From Jatrophihabitans sp. (GTDB lineage Bacteria > Actinomycetota > Actinomycetes > Mycobacteriales > Jatrophihabitantaceae), in NCBI GenBank assembly GCA_035940975.1, contig DASZEI010000101.1, positions 1 to 43,456 on the forward strand: 43,456 nucleotides of DNA. The letters are read 5' to 3'. The notes beneath the pieces are model-generated. The model was not told the origin of the DNA and did not search any database. It worked only from the letters and a program-made list of their open reading frames with translations. Of this stretch, positions 31,236 to 41,090 are shown one piece after another. Position numbers and translations under genes: made by a program. Every line of letters begins with the position of its first letter. Positions within the stretch are counted from its first letter, which is position 1.

Positions 31236-32100
31236 GCTGGTCGGCAACGGTCACTGGGCACGGATCACCCATGCGGCCGGCCTGAACAGCGAACCCTCCG
31301 TCGAACTCAGCGGAATCTGGGGCCGCGACAGCGCCAAGACAGCCGCCCTGGCCGCGGAGTTCGGCACCACCGGTTACGACGAGGTGGACCAGATGTTCGC
31401 CGAGGTGGACGCGGTGGCGTTCTCGGTGCCGCCCCAGGTACAGGCCGAGCTGGCGTTGCGGGCCGCCCGGGCGGGCAAGCATCTGCTGTTGGAAAAGCCG
31501 ATCGCCGTGTCGGTAGCCGCGGCGCAGCAGCTGGCCGAGGCGGTGACCGGAGCCGGTGTCGCATCGGTGGTCTTCTTCACCGGACGCTTCGACGCCGGCC
31601 AGCGGCAGTGGCTCGAGGAGGTCGCGCAGCGCTCGGACTGGGATGGCGCGGCCGGTCTCTGGCTCGGCTCGGCCTTCGCCTCGGGCAGCCCGTTCGACAC
31701 CCCCTGGCGCCACGACAAGGGCGGCCTGTGGGACGTCGGCCCGCACGCCTTGGCGATGCTGACCGGAGCCTTCGGGCAGATCGTCGAGATTACCGCCCGC
31801 CCCGGCCGGCGCGACCTGGTGTACCTGATCGTGCGGCACGAGTCGGGGATCAGCAGCAGTTATGCGGTCAGCATCGACACCCCTGAGGCGGCCTCGCAGG
31901 TGAGCCTGACGGTCTGGGGTGCGGCCGGCCGTTCGGTGATGCCGGCGACACATGCCGATACCAGCCAGGCGCTGGCGACCGCGGCTCGGGAACTGGCGAT
32001 CTCGGCCCGGCAACCGGTGCCGAGCCATCCCTGCGACGTCCGGCTGGGCCTGACAGTGGTCCGGTTGCTCGCCGAGGCCGAGCGTCAGCTCGGGCAGTGA
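31219..32100 (+). CDS. Gfo/Idh/MocA family oxidoreductase
   Basis: RVGLVGNG, AGKHLLLEKP, GGLWDVGPH. Confidence 0.93.
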   Translation: MSLRVGLVGNGHWARITHAAGLNSEPSVELSGIWGRDSAKTAALAAEFGTTGYDEVDQMFAEVDAVAFSVPPQVQAELALRAARAGKHLLLEKPIAVSVAAAQQLAEAVTGAGVASVVFFTGRFDAGQRQWLEEVAQRSDWDGAAGLWLGSAFASGSPFDTPWRHDKGGLWDVGPHALAMLTGAFGQIVEITARPGRRDLVYLIVRHESGISSSYAVSIDTPEAASQVSLTVWGAAGRSVMPATHADTSQALATAARELAISARQPVPSHPCDVRLGLTVVRLLAEAERQLGQ

Positions 32101-32191
32101 GCAACGCCAACCTGGTGATCACCGGGAATCGAGCGCCTGATCGGGCGAAGGCACGCTCGAACCGAAAGCCCGCAGAGTTCGGATGGTCGCG

Positions 32192-32746
32192 ATGAGAGTG
32201 GTGCTGCTCGGCGCGCCCGGATCGGGCAAGGGAACCCAGGGCCGGCAGTTGGCCCAGCATTTCGGCGTGCCGCACATCGCGTCGGGCGACTTGCTGCGTG
32301 CCGAAGTTCGGGCCGGGACCGAGCTGGGCGGGCTGGTGGCCGGCTATCTCGACTCGGGCCAGCTGGTGCCCGACGACCTGGTCTTCGACCTGGTGCTACC
32401 GGTCGTGCTGGCAGCGGCGCAAGCCGGCGGGTACTTCCTGGACGGCTTTCCGAGATCGGTGGCGCAGGCTGTCAGGGCCGAAAGTGCGCTCGCGGCATCC
32501 GAGGCCGCTCCCCAGAGGGTGATCTTCCTCGCCGTCGAGGAGCGACTGCTGGTCAGCCGGTTGTTGGAGCGCGCCAGCGCGGGACGCAGCGATGACACCG
32601 TCGACGTGATCGCCGACCGGCTGCGGGTTTTCGAGGCCGAAACGCGGCCACTCGTCGAGCACTACCGGGCCCGCGGCCTGCTGCGCGAAGTGCCGGCCGA
32701 CCAGCCGGCGGAGCAGGTTACGACAGCGATAGTGTCGGTGCTGTAA
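32192..32746 (+). CDS. Adenylate kinase family protein (short, LID-less type)
   Basis: GAPGSGKGTQ P-loop, HIASGDLLR, LDGFPR, R.DD; not in a secY context, so probably a paralogue; alternative start ATG 32183. Confidence 0.88.
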   Translation: MRVVLLGAPGSGKGTQGRQLAQHFGVPHIASGDLLRAEVRAGTELGGLVAGYLDSGQLVPDDLVFDLVLPVVLAAAQAGGYFLDGFPRSVAQAVRAESALAASEAAPQRVIFLAVEERLLVSRLLERASAGRSDDTVDVIADRLRVFEAETRPLVEHYRARGLLREVPADQPAEQVTTAIVSVL

Positions 32747-32987
32747 AGCAGGACTACACAGTTGTCTGAATCACATTTAACATTGACAAATCGGACTGGC
32801 GTTCGACATTTATATACCCACGCCCGCCTCGCACCGGTTAGAATGCTTAGATCGGCTATACAGCCAGCCGTGAACGATTCCCGTTCAAAGCAGGTCGACG
32901 CCGCTAGCGGGGCACGCTGAGCCACAGGGTTCGAGAGCTGGTGCCGCTGGGTGCGTTTAACCTCTGGTTGATCTTTGAGGTCCGCGC

Positions 32988-33275
32988 ATGACCACACTGC
33001 CAGATACCCGCACCTCGCCTGACGGCGAGCCCGACTATCACGACCGCTCCTTCGCTGACATTGTGGAGCGGCTGTTCCGCGAATTCGAGGACCGGCTGTC
33101 TCTCACCGCCATCGTCGAGGTGGTGAGGGAATCCCGTCAGCACCTGCGGGGCTCACCGATCGGGGCGCTGCCCGAACTGACCGAACGGCTCGCTCACGAA
33201 AGGCTCGAAAGGCTCGTTCAGGGCGGTGGAGATGATGAGCCGGCAACGGCTCCGCATTTGACCGTGTTGTCCTGA
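32988..33275 (+). CDS. Small three-helix-bundle domain protein
   Basis: GAGG SD; 'VERL..EF...LS...I..VV......L.......LPEL.ERLA.ERL' pattern. Confidence 0.7.
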   Translation: MTTLPDTRTSPDGEPDYHDRSFADIVERLFREFEDRLSLTAIVEVVRESRQHLRGSPIGALPELTERLAHERLERLVQGGGDDEPATAPHLTVLS

Positions 33276-33384
33276 CGTTTCCCCAGACCCGGCCGGCACG
33301 ACCGCTCCAACCAGAGCCTTCAGCCCGGCCGTTGCAAGAACCGGCGATACCCGCTGGGTATCCCGTGGATGTGAGGAGAATCCA

Positions 33385-33558
33385 TTGAGTGCACTGGACA
33401 AAGCCAAGAACAAGGCCGAAGAGGTTGGCGGTGTCGCCAAGGAGCACGCGGGCGAAGCCACCGGTGATGACAGCTTGAGGTCCGAAGGCCAGGCCGACCA
33501 GGTCAAGGGCAACCTCAAGCAGGCCGGCGAAAAGGTCAAGGACGCTTTCAAGGACTAA
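33385..33558 (+). CDS. CsbD family stress protein (57 aa, absent from the ORF track)
   Basis: TTG start after GAGGAG; 'DKAKNKAEEVGG.AKE.AGEATGDDSL.SEGQADQVKGNLKQAGEKVKDAFKD'; GGGTAT SigB/SigF-type -10 at 33356. Confidence 0.92.
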   Translation: MSALDKAKNKAEEVGGVAKEHAGEATGDDSLRSEGQADQVKGNLKQAGEKVKDAFKD

Positions 33559-33571
33559 GCAGAAGCGTTTA

Positions 33572-33603
33572 ACGTCCCCGCCGGAACATTTCGGCGGGGA
33601 CGT
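33572..33603 (+). terminator. Stem-loop after the csbD-like gene
   Basis: ACGTCCCCGCCGGAA-CA-TTTCGGCGGGGACGT. Confidence 0.7.
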
Positions 33604-33715
33604 GGCCGTACAGCGGCTCAGCCCGCTACTCGCAGTTGGTTCTTAGTTGCATCGCCTATCCGTACGGACAGGTCGTTCGACGTCCATTTCTGTCATTCAC
33701 CCCAAGGAGCACCTC

Positions 33716-33991
33716 ATGCTCGGTCTTATCATTACTCTCATCATTGTCGGCCTCATCGCCGGCGCCATCGCCAGGCTGCTCGTCCCCGGCCGACAGGACA
33801 TCAGCATTGCCGGAACCATCGTCCTCGGCATTGTCGGCTCGTTCATCGGTGGCTTTCTCGGCTACCTGATCTTCCACAAGGATGGCGACGACGGCTTCTT
33901 CCAGCCGTCGGGCATCATCGGTTCCATCATCGGCGCGGTCATCGCGCTGCTGATCTGGCAGCGGGTCGGACGCCGGTCCGCCGTTCGCTAA
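33716..33991 (+). CDS. GlsB/YeaQ/YmgE family stress-response membrane protein
   Basis: AAGGAG SD; '[17 protein letters not shown]...[13 protein letters not shown]...[13 protein letters not shown]'. Confidence 0.9.
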   Translation: MLGLIITLIIVGLIAGAIARLLVPGRQDISIAGTIVLGIVGSFIGGFLGYLIFHKDGDDGFFQPSGIIGSIIGAVIALLIWQRVGRRSAVR

Positions 33992-34045
33992 GCCAGTCCC
34001 GGACCCGGCGCTGACTTCGGGTCGGCGCCAGGTCGGAATCTGCCA

Positions 34046-34076
34046 GGAGGGGCAGCCGCGATGCGGCTGCCCCTTC
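34046..34076. terminator. Stem-loop between convergent genes
   Basis: GGAGGGGCAGCCGC-GAT-GCGGCTGCCCCTTC; a second hairpin lies at 34007-34029. Confidence 0.6.
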
Positions 34077-34139
34077 GGCATTTCCGCTCCCGGGGAGCAC
34101 TGTCCGGCAGTTGCCGGTACAAGGGCGAGCGCTGCGCTG

Positions 34140-34847
34140 CTAGTCAGGACGGGCGGCTTGCAGGCGCTGGGCGGCGGCGGTCAGGATCGGGGCGAGTCGT
34201 TGCCCGGGGGAGCGACCCAGCCGTTCGATCGGCCCCGAGATCGACACGGCGGCAATCACCCGCCGGCCCCTGCCGAAGACCGGCGCCGACACCGAGGCAA
34301 CGCCTGCCTCCCGCTGGCCGACCGACTGGGCCCAGCCGCGCCGACGGACCTCGGCCAAGACGCGGTCGGTGAATTCGGCATCCGCCAGCAGCGTGGCCAC
34401 CGTGTCGGGTGGTTCCCAGGCGCACAGCACCTGCGCGCCGGAGCCGGCGGTCATGGGGAGCCGGGCTCCCAACGGCACGGTGGTACGCAGGCCGGTCGCT
34501 CGCTCGGCAGCAGCCACGCAGACCCGTTCGAGGCCGTCGCGGCGGTAGAGCTGGGCGCTTTCGCCGGAGGTGTCGCGTACCCAGGCCAGTACCTCGGCCG
34601 CCCGTTCCAGCAGCGGGTCCGCGGCGGCGGAGGCCAGTTCGGCCAGCCGGGGGCCGGGTACGAACCGGCCGTCGGCGTCGCGTGTCAACAGCCGGTGCAC
34701 CTCCAGGGCCACCGCCAGCCGGTGCGCGGTCGCGCGCGAGATCCCGGTCCGCTCGACCAGGTCGGCAAGGGCGGCCGGACCCGTCGCAGTGGCGGTGAGG
34801 ATGGCCACCGTCTTGTCTACCACGCCGATGCCGCTATGCTGTCCCAT
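34140..34847 (-). CDS. ndgR: IclR family transcriptional regulator (NdgR/Rv2989/LtbR-like)
   Basis: 'SGIGVVDK', '[16 protein letters not shown]', 'GESAQLYRR', '[11 protein letters not shown]'; divergent from leuCD; TAGTAT -10 box (leaderless). Confidence 0.9.
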   Translation of the reverse strand: MGQHSGIGVVDKTVAILTATATGPAALADLVERTGISRATAHRLAVALEVHRLLTRDADGRFVPGPRLAELASAAADPLLERAAEVLAWVRDTSGESAQLYRRDGLERVCVAAAERATGLRTTVPLGARLPMTAGSGAQVLCAWEPPDTVATLLADAEFTDRVLAEVRRRGWAQSVGQREAGVASVSAPVFGRGRRVIAAVSISGPIERLGRSPGQRLAPILTAAAQRLQAARPD

Positions 34848-34861
34848 AAAGCGATACTACA

Positions 34862-34878
34862 GTCTCAATATATGAGAC
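34862..34878. promoter_or_regulatory. GTCTCA-N5-TGAGAC palindrome, putative NdgR operator in the ndgR/leuC intergenic region
   Basis: GTCTCAATATATGAGAC; abuts the candidate -10 boxes of both genes. Confidence 0.8.
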
Positions 34879-34913
34879 ACAACAGTGCGGGGCGCACCGC
34901 GCGAGGAGGGGCA

Positions 34914-36311
34914 ATGAGCAGGACGCTGGCGGACAAACTCTGGGAAAGCCACCTGGTGCGCAGCGTGGCCGGTGAGCCTGACCTGCTCTACATCGACATG
35001 CATCTCGTCCATGAGGTCACCAGCCCGCAGGCCTTCGACGGCCTGCGGCTGGCCGGCCGCTCGGTGCGCCGTCCTGAACTGACCCTGGCGACCGAGGATC
35101 ACAACGTCCCCACCACCGACATCTTCGCCCCGATCGCCGATCCGGTCAGCCGCGTCCAGGTCGAGACGCTGCGCCGCAACTGCGACGAGTTCGGCATCAC
35201 GCTGTACCCGATGGGGCATTCCGAGCAGGGCATCGTGCACGTGATCGGTCCGCAACTGGGGATCACCCAGCCAGGCATGACGATGGTCTGCGGTGATTCG
35301 CACACCTCCACCCACGGTGCGTTCGGCGCCCTGGCGTTCGGCATCGGCACCAGCCAGGTGGAGCACGTGCTGGCCACCCAGACGCTGCCGCTGGAACGTC
35401 CCAAGACGATGGCGGTGACGGTCGAGGGAGACCTGCTGCCCGGGGTCACCCCGAAGGACGTCATCCTGGCTGTGATCGCCCGGACCGGTACCGGCGGCGG
35501 CCAGGGCTACATGGTGGAGTACCGCGGCGAGGTCTTTCGGCGGATGAGCATGGAAGGCCGGATGACCGTGTGCAACATGAGCATCGAATGGGGTGCCCGG
35601 GCTGGCATGATCGCCCCGGACCAGACCACCTTCGACTACCTGCGCGGCCGTCCGCATGCGCCGGCCGGCGCCGACTGGGACGCCGCGGTGGCGTACTGGA
35701 AGAGCCTGGTCACCGATCCCGACGCCCGCTTCGACGCCGAGGTGCGGCTAGATGCCACCGGGATCAGCCCATTCGTCACCTGGGGAACCAATCCTGGCCA
35801 GGGCGCGCCGCTGTCGGCCAGCGTGCCTGATCCGGCCGAGTTCGCCGAGGAGTCCGACCGGGTGTCGGCCGAGAAGGCCTTGTCCTACATGGGGTTGACC
35901 CCCGGCACTCCGCTGCGCGCGATCAAGGTAGACACGGTCTTCGTCGGCTCGTGCACCAACGGCCGGATCGAGGACCTGCGAGCCGTCGCGGCGGTGCTGC
36001 GCGGCCGCAAGGTTGCCGACGGCGTGCGGATGCTGGTGGTGCCGGGTTCCATGCGGGTCCGCGAGCAGGCCGAGCGAGAGGGTCTGGATGCGGTGTTCAC
36101 CGCGGCCGGAGCGCAATGGCGCCAGGCCGGTTGCTCGATGTGCCTGGGAATGAACCCCGATCAGCTCGGCCCCGGTGAACGCAGCGCCTCGACCTCGAAC
36201 CGGAACTTCGAAGGGCGCCAGGGCAAGGGCGGGCGCACCCATCTGGTCTCGCCGCTGGTCGCCGCGGCCACCGCCATCACCGGGCACCTGGCCAGCCCGG
36301 CCGATCTGTAA
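34914..36311 (+). CDS. leuC: 3-isopropylmalate dehydratase large subunit
   Basis: [44 protein letters not shown]; GAGGAGG SD before ATG 34914. Confidence 0.98.
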   Translation: MSRTLADKLWESHLVRSVAGEPDLLYIDMHLVHEVTSPQAFDGLRLAGRSVRRPELTLATEDHNVPTTDIFAPIADPVSRVQVETLRRNCDEFGITLYPMGHSEQGIVHVIGPQLGITQPGMTMVCGDSHTSTHGAFGALAFGIGTSQVEHVLATQTLPLERPKTMAVTVEGDLLPGVTPKDVILAVIARTGTGGGQGYMVEYRGEVFRRMSMEGRMTVCNMSIEWGARAGMIAPDQTTFDYLRGRPHAPAGADWDAAVAYWKSLVTDPDARFDAEVRLDATGISPFVTWGTNPGQGAPLSASVPDPAEFAEESDRVSAEKALSYMGLTPGTPLRAIKVDTVFVGSCTNGRIEDLRAVAAVLRGRKVADGVRMLVVPGSMRVREQAEREGLDAVFTAAGAQWRQAGCSMCLGMNPDQLGPGERSASTSNRNFEGRQGKGGRTHLVSPLVAAATAITGHLASPADL

Positions 36312-36325
36312 GGGAGCCGACGGAC

Positions 36326-36922
36326 ATGGACAGGTTCAGCGTGCACACCGGGCGGGCAGTGCCGTTGCGGCGAAGCAATGTCGACACCGATCAGATCATT
36401 CCGGCGGTCTATCTCAAGCGGGTCACCAGGACCGGCTTCCAGGACGCGCTGTTTCAGGCCTGGCGTGCCGACGAGCCGGACTTCGTCCTGAACCAGCAAC
36501 GCTATGCCGGGGCGTCGGTGCTGGTGGCCGGCCCGGACTTCGGGACCGGATCCTCGCGCGAGCATGCCGTGTGGGCGCTCTGGGACTATGGCTTCCGGGT
36601 GGTGATTTCACCGCGTTTCGCAGATATTTTCAGGGGCAATTCGCTCAAGGCCGGACTGCTGACCGTCGTGCTGGCGGAGAAGATCGTCCAGCGGTTGCTC
36701 GATGACATCTGCGACGATCCCCGGATCGAGGTCACCATCGACCTGCCCGAACGGCAGGTGCGCTGGCCGGGTGAGGTGCACGGCTTCGAACTCGACGACT
36801 ACACCCGCTGGCGGTTGCTCGAAGGCATGGACGACATCGCCCTGACGCTGCGCGACACCGCCGCCATCGACAGCTACGAGCACGGCCGGCAGCCGTGGTT
36901 GCCGGTGGCGGCGCGGCGCTGA
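36326..36922 (+). CDS. leuD: 3-isopropylmalate dehydratase small subunit
   Basis: [20 protein letters not shown]. Confidence 0.97.
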   Translation: MDRFSVHTGRAVPLRRSNVDTDQIIPAVYLKRVTRTGFQDALFQAWRADEPDFVLNQQRYAGASVLVAGPDFGTGSSREHAVWALWDYGFRVVISPRFADIFRGNSLKAGLLTVVLAEKIVQRLLDDICDDPRIEVTIDLPERQVRWPGEVHGFELDDYTRWRLLEGMDDIALTLRDTAAIDSYEHGRQPWLPVAARR

Positions 36923-37120
36923 GGCGTGCCAGCCGGTAGCTCGCCGGTCCGGAAGGTCCCGGACGGCTCGGAATCGAGCCGCCCGCCGTGGCTCTCGGAC
37001 GGGCCTTCGATGAGTTAATGCTTGCGACACAAGCCGATTGCGTTGTTTCTGGAGCAACCACGCCTTACCGTTCCTGCGTGAGGTTGGCCACGGTGGCTGA
37101 CCGGCGTCCTGGGAGGACAC

Positions 37121-37933
37121 GTGAACAAGGCTCAGTTCATTGAGGCGCTGGCGACTCGCCTCGGCTCCGACAAGAAGGCGGCCGGCACCGCACTCGACGC
37201 CGTGCTCGATGAGATCTACACCGTTGTGGTCAAAGGTGAGAAGCTCGCGCTGACCGGGTTCGGCTCGTTCGAGAAGCGGGACCGTGGCGCACGGGTCGCG
37301 CGCAACCCCGCCACCGGAGCCAGCGTCAAGGTCAAGAAGACCTCGGTGCCCGCGTTCCGGGCCGGCGCTGAATTCAAGGCGGTGATCAGCGGCGCGAAGA
37401 AGCTGCCCAAGCCGCCGGCCAAGAAGGCAGCACCGGCAAAGTCAGCACCGGCCAAGCGGACATCCGCCACCCCGGCAGCCGGTTCAGCGAGCAACGGCGC
37501 TCCGGCCGGCAACGCCGCGGCGAGCAACGCGACAGCCCGCAAGACAACGACCCGCAAGGCAACGGCCGGCACGGCGAACGCTGCCGCCGCTGCCCCGCCG
37601 AACGGTGCCGCCGTCAAGTCGACGACCACCAAGGCTGCTCCAGCCAGCAAGGCAACGACCAGCAAGGCTGCTCCGGCCAGCAAGGCAGCGGCCGGCAGGT
37701 CAACGACCAGCAAGGCCGCAGCGAGCAAGGCCCCGGCCAGCAAGGCAACACCGGCCAGCAAGGCAACACCGGCCAAGCAGGCTGGCACCAAGGCAGCACC
37801 GGCCAGCAAGGCCGCAGCAAGCAAGGCCACGCCCACCAAGGCACGTGCGAGCGCCGAGAAGTCCACCGGATCGGGCGGCGGGACGGCCACCAAAGCAGCG
37901 AGCAAGCGCGCACCGGCCAAGCGCTCCAGCTGA
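37121..37933 (+). CDS. hupB: HU family DNA-binding protein with Lys/Ala-rich histone-like tail (HupB/Hlp type)
   Basis: MNKAQ..., GFGSFEKR.R..R.ARNPATG, VPAFRAG; repetitive AAPASKA tail; conserved position after leuD. Confidence 0.92.
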   Translation: MNKAQFIEALATRLGSDKKAAGTALDAVLDEIYTVVVKGEKLALTGFGSFEKRDRGARVARNPATGASVKVKKTSVPAFRAGAEFKAVISGAKKLPKPPAKKAAPAKSAPAKRTSATPAAGSASNGAPAGNAAASNATARKTTTRKATAGTANAAAAAPPNGAAVKSTTTKAAPASKATTSKAAPASKAAAGRSTTSKAAASKAPASKATPASKATPAKQAGTKAAPASKAAASKATPTKARASAEKSTGSGGGTATKAASKRAPAKRSS

Positions 37934-37942
37934 TCCGGCATC

Positions 37943-37980
37943 GAGCAGGCCCGCCGTCCCCGCGCCGGCAGGGCCTGTTT
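37943..37980 (+). terminator. Probable terminator after the HU gene
   Basis: GAGCAGGCCC...GGGCCTGTTT stem. Confidence 0.55.
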
Positions 37981-38027
37981 CGGTTGCTAGCGCAGCGCTT
38001 TCCCGACGACGCTCAGCAAGCTTCGGG

Positions 38028-38912
38028 TCAAGCGTAGGGCTGGGGGTAGTAGTCGGCCGCGACCACGCCGCGATCGGCGACTGACAGCGCCCACACCGAA
38101 CCCTTGCGCGCCGGATACGGCGCTCCCGAGGCCCGGAGATGTTCCAGCAGCGCCGGAATCGTCTCGCCCTGGCTGCAGATCAGCGTCGTGCCCGGCTGTT
38201 CCAGCAGCTCCCGGACCTCTGCCAGGCCGGCGTCCGGATCCTTGGCGTAGGCCTCGTCCGACAGGGCGGGGACGCTGCGCACCTCAAGCCCCAGGTGATC
38301 GGCCAGCGGCTGGACGCTCTGCTCGCAGCGGGCCCGGTCAGCGGCCAGCACCCGCTGCGGGTTGAACGCCGCCAGTACCGCAACCGAGTCGTGGGCCTGC
38401 CGGCGGCCGGCCTTGTCCAGTGGTCGCAGCCGATCATCTCCGGAGTACGCCGAGCGCTTGCCGGCCTTGGCATGCCGCAGCAGCAACAGAGTGCGGGTCG
38501 CGCTCGGCAGCCGGGCGAAGTCGGCCAGCACCCCACGGTCCACCGGGTAGCTCAGCTGCTGGGTCGCCTCGGCCACCGTCGCCCAGCGCAGCCGGTCGAC
38601 CTCGTCACCGGCGGTGTGCTGGCCGCCGCGATAGCGCATCACCCAGTAGGACACTTGCTTGATCGCATCGCCGAACGGGTACTCCGCCGACGGCAGTCGC
38701 CGGCCGACCTCGACCTGGGCGCCGGTCTCTTCCTCGACCTCGCGCACGGCCGCGACCAACGGATGCTCACCGGGGTGCAGTTTGCCCTTGGGCAGCGTCC
38801 AGTCGTCATAGCGTGGCCGATGCACCACCGCCACCAGCACCCGGCTGCCGTCCTGGCGCCACAACACCCCGCCGCCCGCCGGAGTGGCCCGGCCCTGTGC
38901 CGCGCCGCTCAC
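38028..38912 (-). CDS. mutT1: NUDIX hydrolase with histidine-phosphatase domain (MutT1-like)
   Basis: [14 protein letters not shown]...[11 protein letters not shown] Nudix box; LLRHAKAG phosphatase motif; GTG 38912 overlaps the ppk stop. Confidence 0.88.
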   Translation of the reverse strand: MSGAAQGRATPAGGGVLWRQDGSRVLVAVVHRPRYDDWTLPKGKLHPGEHPLVAAVREVEEETGAQVEVGRRLPSAEYPFGDAIKQVSYWVMRYRGGQHTAGDEVDRLRWATVAEATQQLSYPVDRGVLADFARLPSATRTLLLLRHAKAGKRSAYSGDDRLRPLDKAGRRQAHDSVAVLAAFNPQRVLAADRARCEQSVQPLADHLGLEVRSVPALSDEAYAKDPDAGLAEVRELLEQPGTTLICSQGETIPALLEHLRASGAPYPARKGSVWALSVADRGVVAADYYPQPYA

Positions 38913-41032
38913 GCGCCGCGTGAGGCCAGCCGGGTGAGCAGCACCTGCTGGTAGTCCACCGACCTGCTGCCACCCCGGCGGATCCACTCGTCATCGGCCT
39001 GCAATTCCCAGGCAAGGGTCTCCGGATCGAAGGCCAGGTCCAGGGTGGTGCGCAACTGCTCGGTGTTGGCGCCGGTGACCTGGGTGAGCACCTCGACCCG
39101 GCGGTCCAGGTTGCGGTGCATCATGTCGGCCGAGCCGATCCAGTACTCGGGTTGGCCGTCGTTGGCGAAGTAGAAGATTCGGGAGTGCTCCAGGAAGCGG
39201 CCCAGGATCGAGCGGACCGTGATGTTCTCACTCAGCCCGGGGACGCCGGCCTTGATGGTGCAGAAGGTCCGCACCATCAACTCGACCCGCACGCCTGCCT
39301 GCGACGCCCGGTACAACGCGTCGATCAGGGCCTCGTCCACCAGGTGGTTGCATTTGATCTGGATGTGCGAGCTCCGGCCTGCCTCGGCATGCTCGATCTC
39401 GCGCTCGATCCGGGTGAGCAGCCCTGGTCGCAGCCCCTGCGGAGCGACCAGCAGCGTGCGGTACTCGGTCTGGCGGGAGTAGCCGGTCAGCACGTTGAAC
39501 AGGTCGGTCAGGTCCGCGCAGATCCGTTCGTCGGCGGTGAACAGCCCGAGATCCTCATACAGCCGAGCGGTCTTGGGATGGTAGTTACCCGTCCCGATAT
39601 GGGCATACCGGCGCAGCGAGCCACCCTCCTGGCGCACCACCAGCGAGGTCTTGCAGTGCGTCTTCAAGCCCACCAGCCCGTACACGACGTGGCAGCCGGC
39701 CCGCTCCAGCGCCCTGGCCCACTTGATGTTGGCCTGCTCGTCGAAGCGGGCCTTGATCTCGACCAGGGCCATCACCTGCTTGCCGGCCTGGGCCGCGTCG
39801 ATCAGCGCGTCCACGATCGGTGAATCGCCCGAGGTGCGGTACAGGGTCTGCTTGATGGCCAGCACGTTCGGATCGGCCGCGGCCTGCTCGATGAAGCGCT
39901 GCACGCTGGTGGCGAAGGATTCGTAGGGATGGTGCACCAGCACGTCGCCGTCGCGCAGGGTGGCGAACACCGACTTCGGGGTCTCGCCGTCGACGAAGCG
40001 CGGATGGGTGGCCGGCACGAACGGCTTCTCCTTCAACGCCGGCCGGTCCAGGTCATAGGCCTGCCAGAGCGCGGTGAGATCGAGCAGCCCGGGTACCCGC
40101 AGCACCTCCTCCGGCTGGACGTCGATCTCGCTGGTCAGCAGCTCGAGCACCTCGTCGGCGATGTTCTCGGCCACCTCGAGCCGGACCGCGGGGCCGAACC
40201 GGCGCCGGACGAGCTCGCGCTCCAGGGCCTGCAACAGGTCCTCGTCGCGGTCCTCCTCCACCTCGAAGTCGGTGTTGCGGGTGACCCGGAACAGGTGGTG
40301 CTGGACGATCTGCATGCCCGGGAACAGCGCGGACAGGTGAGCCGCCATCAGCTCCTCGATGGGCAGGAAGCCGGCCGATTCGGGGGTCTTTCGAACGGTC
40401 ACGAACCGGGGCACGTTGTTGGGCACCTTCACCCGGGCGAACTTGTCCAGCTCCGAACCCGGCTCCCGGACCAGCACCGCCAGGTTGAGCGAGAGCCCGG
40501 AGATGTAGGGGAACGGGTGCGCCGGGTCGACCGCCAGCGGCGTGAGCACCGGAAAGACCTTGGAGTGGAAGTACTCGGTCAGCTGCTGCTGCTGATCGGC
40601 GTCCAGATGTCCCCAGCTCAGGATCCGGATACCTTCGGCGGCCAGCGCCGGCTCGATGTCGGAGCCGAAGCAGCGCGCGTGCCGGGCAACCAGGTCGCGG
40701 CTGCGCTCGCCGATCATCACCAGCGTCTCCCGGGTGGTGAGCCCGTCCGGGCCGCGGACCGCCAGCCCCATCTCCAGCCGCCGTTTCAGCCCCGCCACCC
40801 GCACCATGTAGAACTCGTCGAGATTGCTGGCGAAGATCGACAGGAACTTCATCCGTTCCAGCAGTGGCTGCCGGCGGTCCTCGGCCAGTGACAGCACCCG
40901 GGCGTTGAAGTTCAGCCAGGACATCTCGCGGTTGGAGAACCGGCCCTCGGGCAGCCCGACCGTGCCTTCGACCTCCGGCACCGTCGCGACGGCACCGTCC
41001 GGGGATTGCGCGGAGGCAACTGTGTCAGTCAT
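38909..41032 (-). CDS. ppk: Polyphosphate kinase 1
   Basis: [59 protein letters not shown]. Confidence 0.98.
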   Translation of the reverse strand: MTDTVASAQSPDGAVATVPEVEGTVGLPEGRFSNREMSWLNFNARVLSLAEDRRQPLLERMKFLSIFASNLDEFYMVRVAGLKRRLEMGLAVRGPDGLTTRETLVMIGERSRDLVARHARCFGSDIEPALAAEGIRILSWGHLDADQQQQLTEYFHSKVFPVLTPLAVDPAHPFPYISGLSLNLAVLVREPGSELDKFARVKVPNNVPRFVTVRKTPESAGFLPIEELMAAHLSALFPGMQIVQHHLFRVTRNTDFEVEEDRDEDLLQALERELVRRRFGPAVRLEVAENIADEVLELLTSEIDVQPEEVLRVPGLLDLTALWQAYDLDRPALKEKPFVPATHPRFVDGETPKSVFATLRDGDVLVHHPYESFATSVQRFIEQAAADPNVLAIKQTLYRTSGDSPIVDALIDAAQAGKQVMALVEIKARFDEQANIKWARALERAGCHVVYGLVGLKTHCKTSLVVRQEGGSLRRYAHIGTGNYHPKTARLYEDLGLFTADERICADLTDLFNVLTGYSRQTEYRTLLVAPQGLRPGLLTRIEREIEHAEAGRSSHIQIKCNHLVDEALIDALYRASQAGVRVELMVRTFCTIKAGVPGLSENITVRSILGRFLEHSRIFYFANDGQPEYWIGSADMMHRNLDRRVEVLTQVTGANTEQLRTTLDLAFDPETLAWELQADDEWIRRGGSRSVDYQQVLLTRLASRGA

Positions 41033-41090
41033 GAGGCCATTCTGCCCGCCGAAACCTGATGAGCCGAATGCGCCGTGGCCGGCTGCCCGT

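Noticed and set aside
34070-34078. CCCTTCGG matching the tRNA-Glu 3' region as a possible attR
   Set aside because: Only about 8 bp, part of a hairpin, and no integrase nearby
34158-34913. Long N-terminal extensions in the ORF track for leuC (also gatB, ilvN, FAH, plsC)
   Set aside because: They overlap other real genes; downstream starts have SD, overlap or -10 support
37400-37930. Repetitive Lys/Ala-rich tail of HU
   Set aside because: Known feature of actinobacterial HupB/Hlp proteins, not novel
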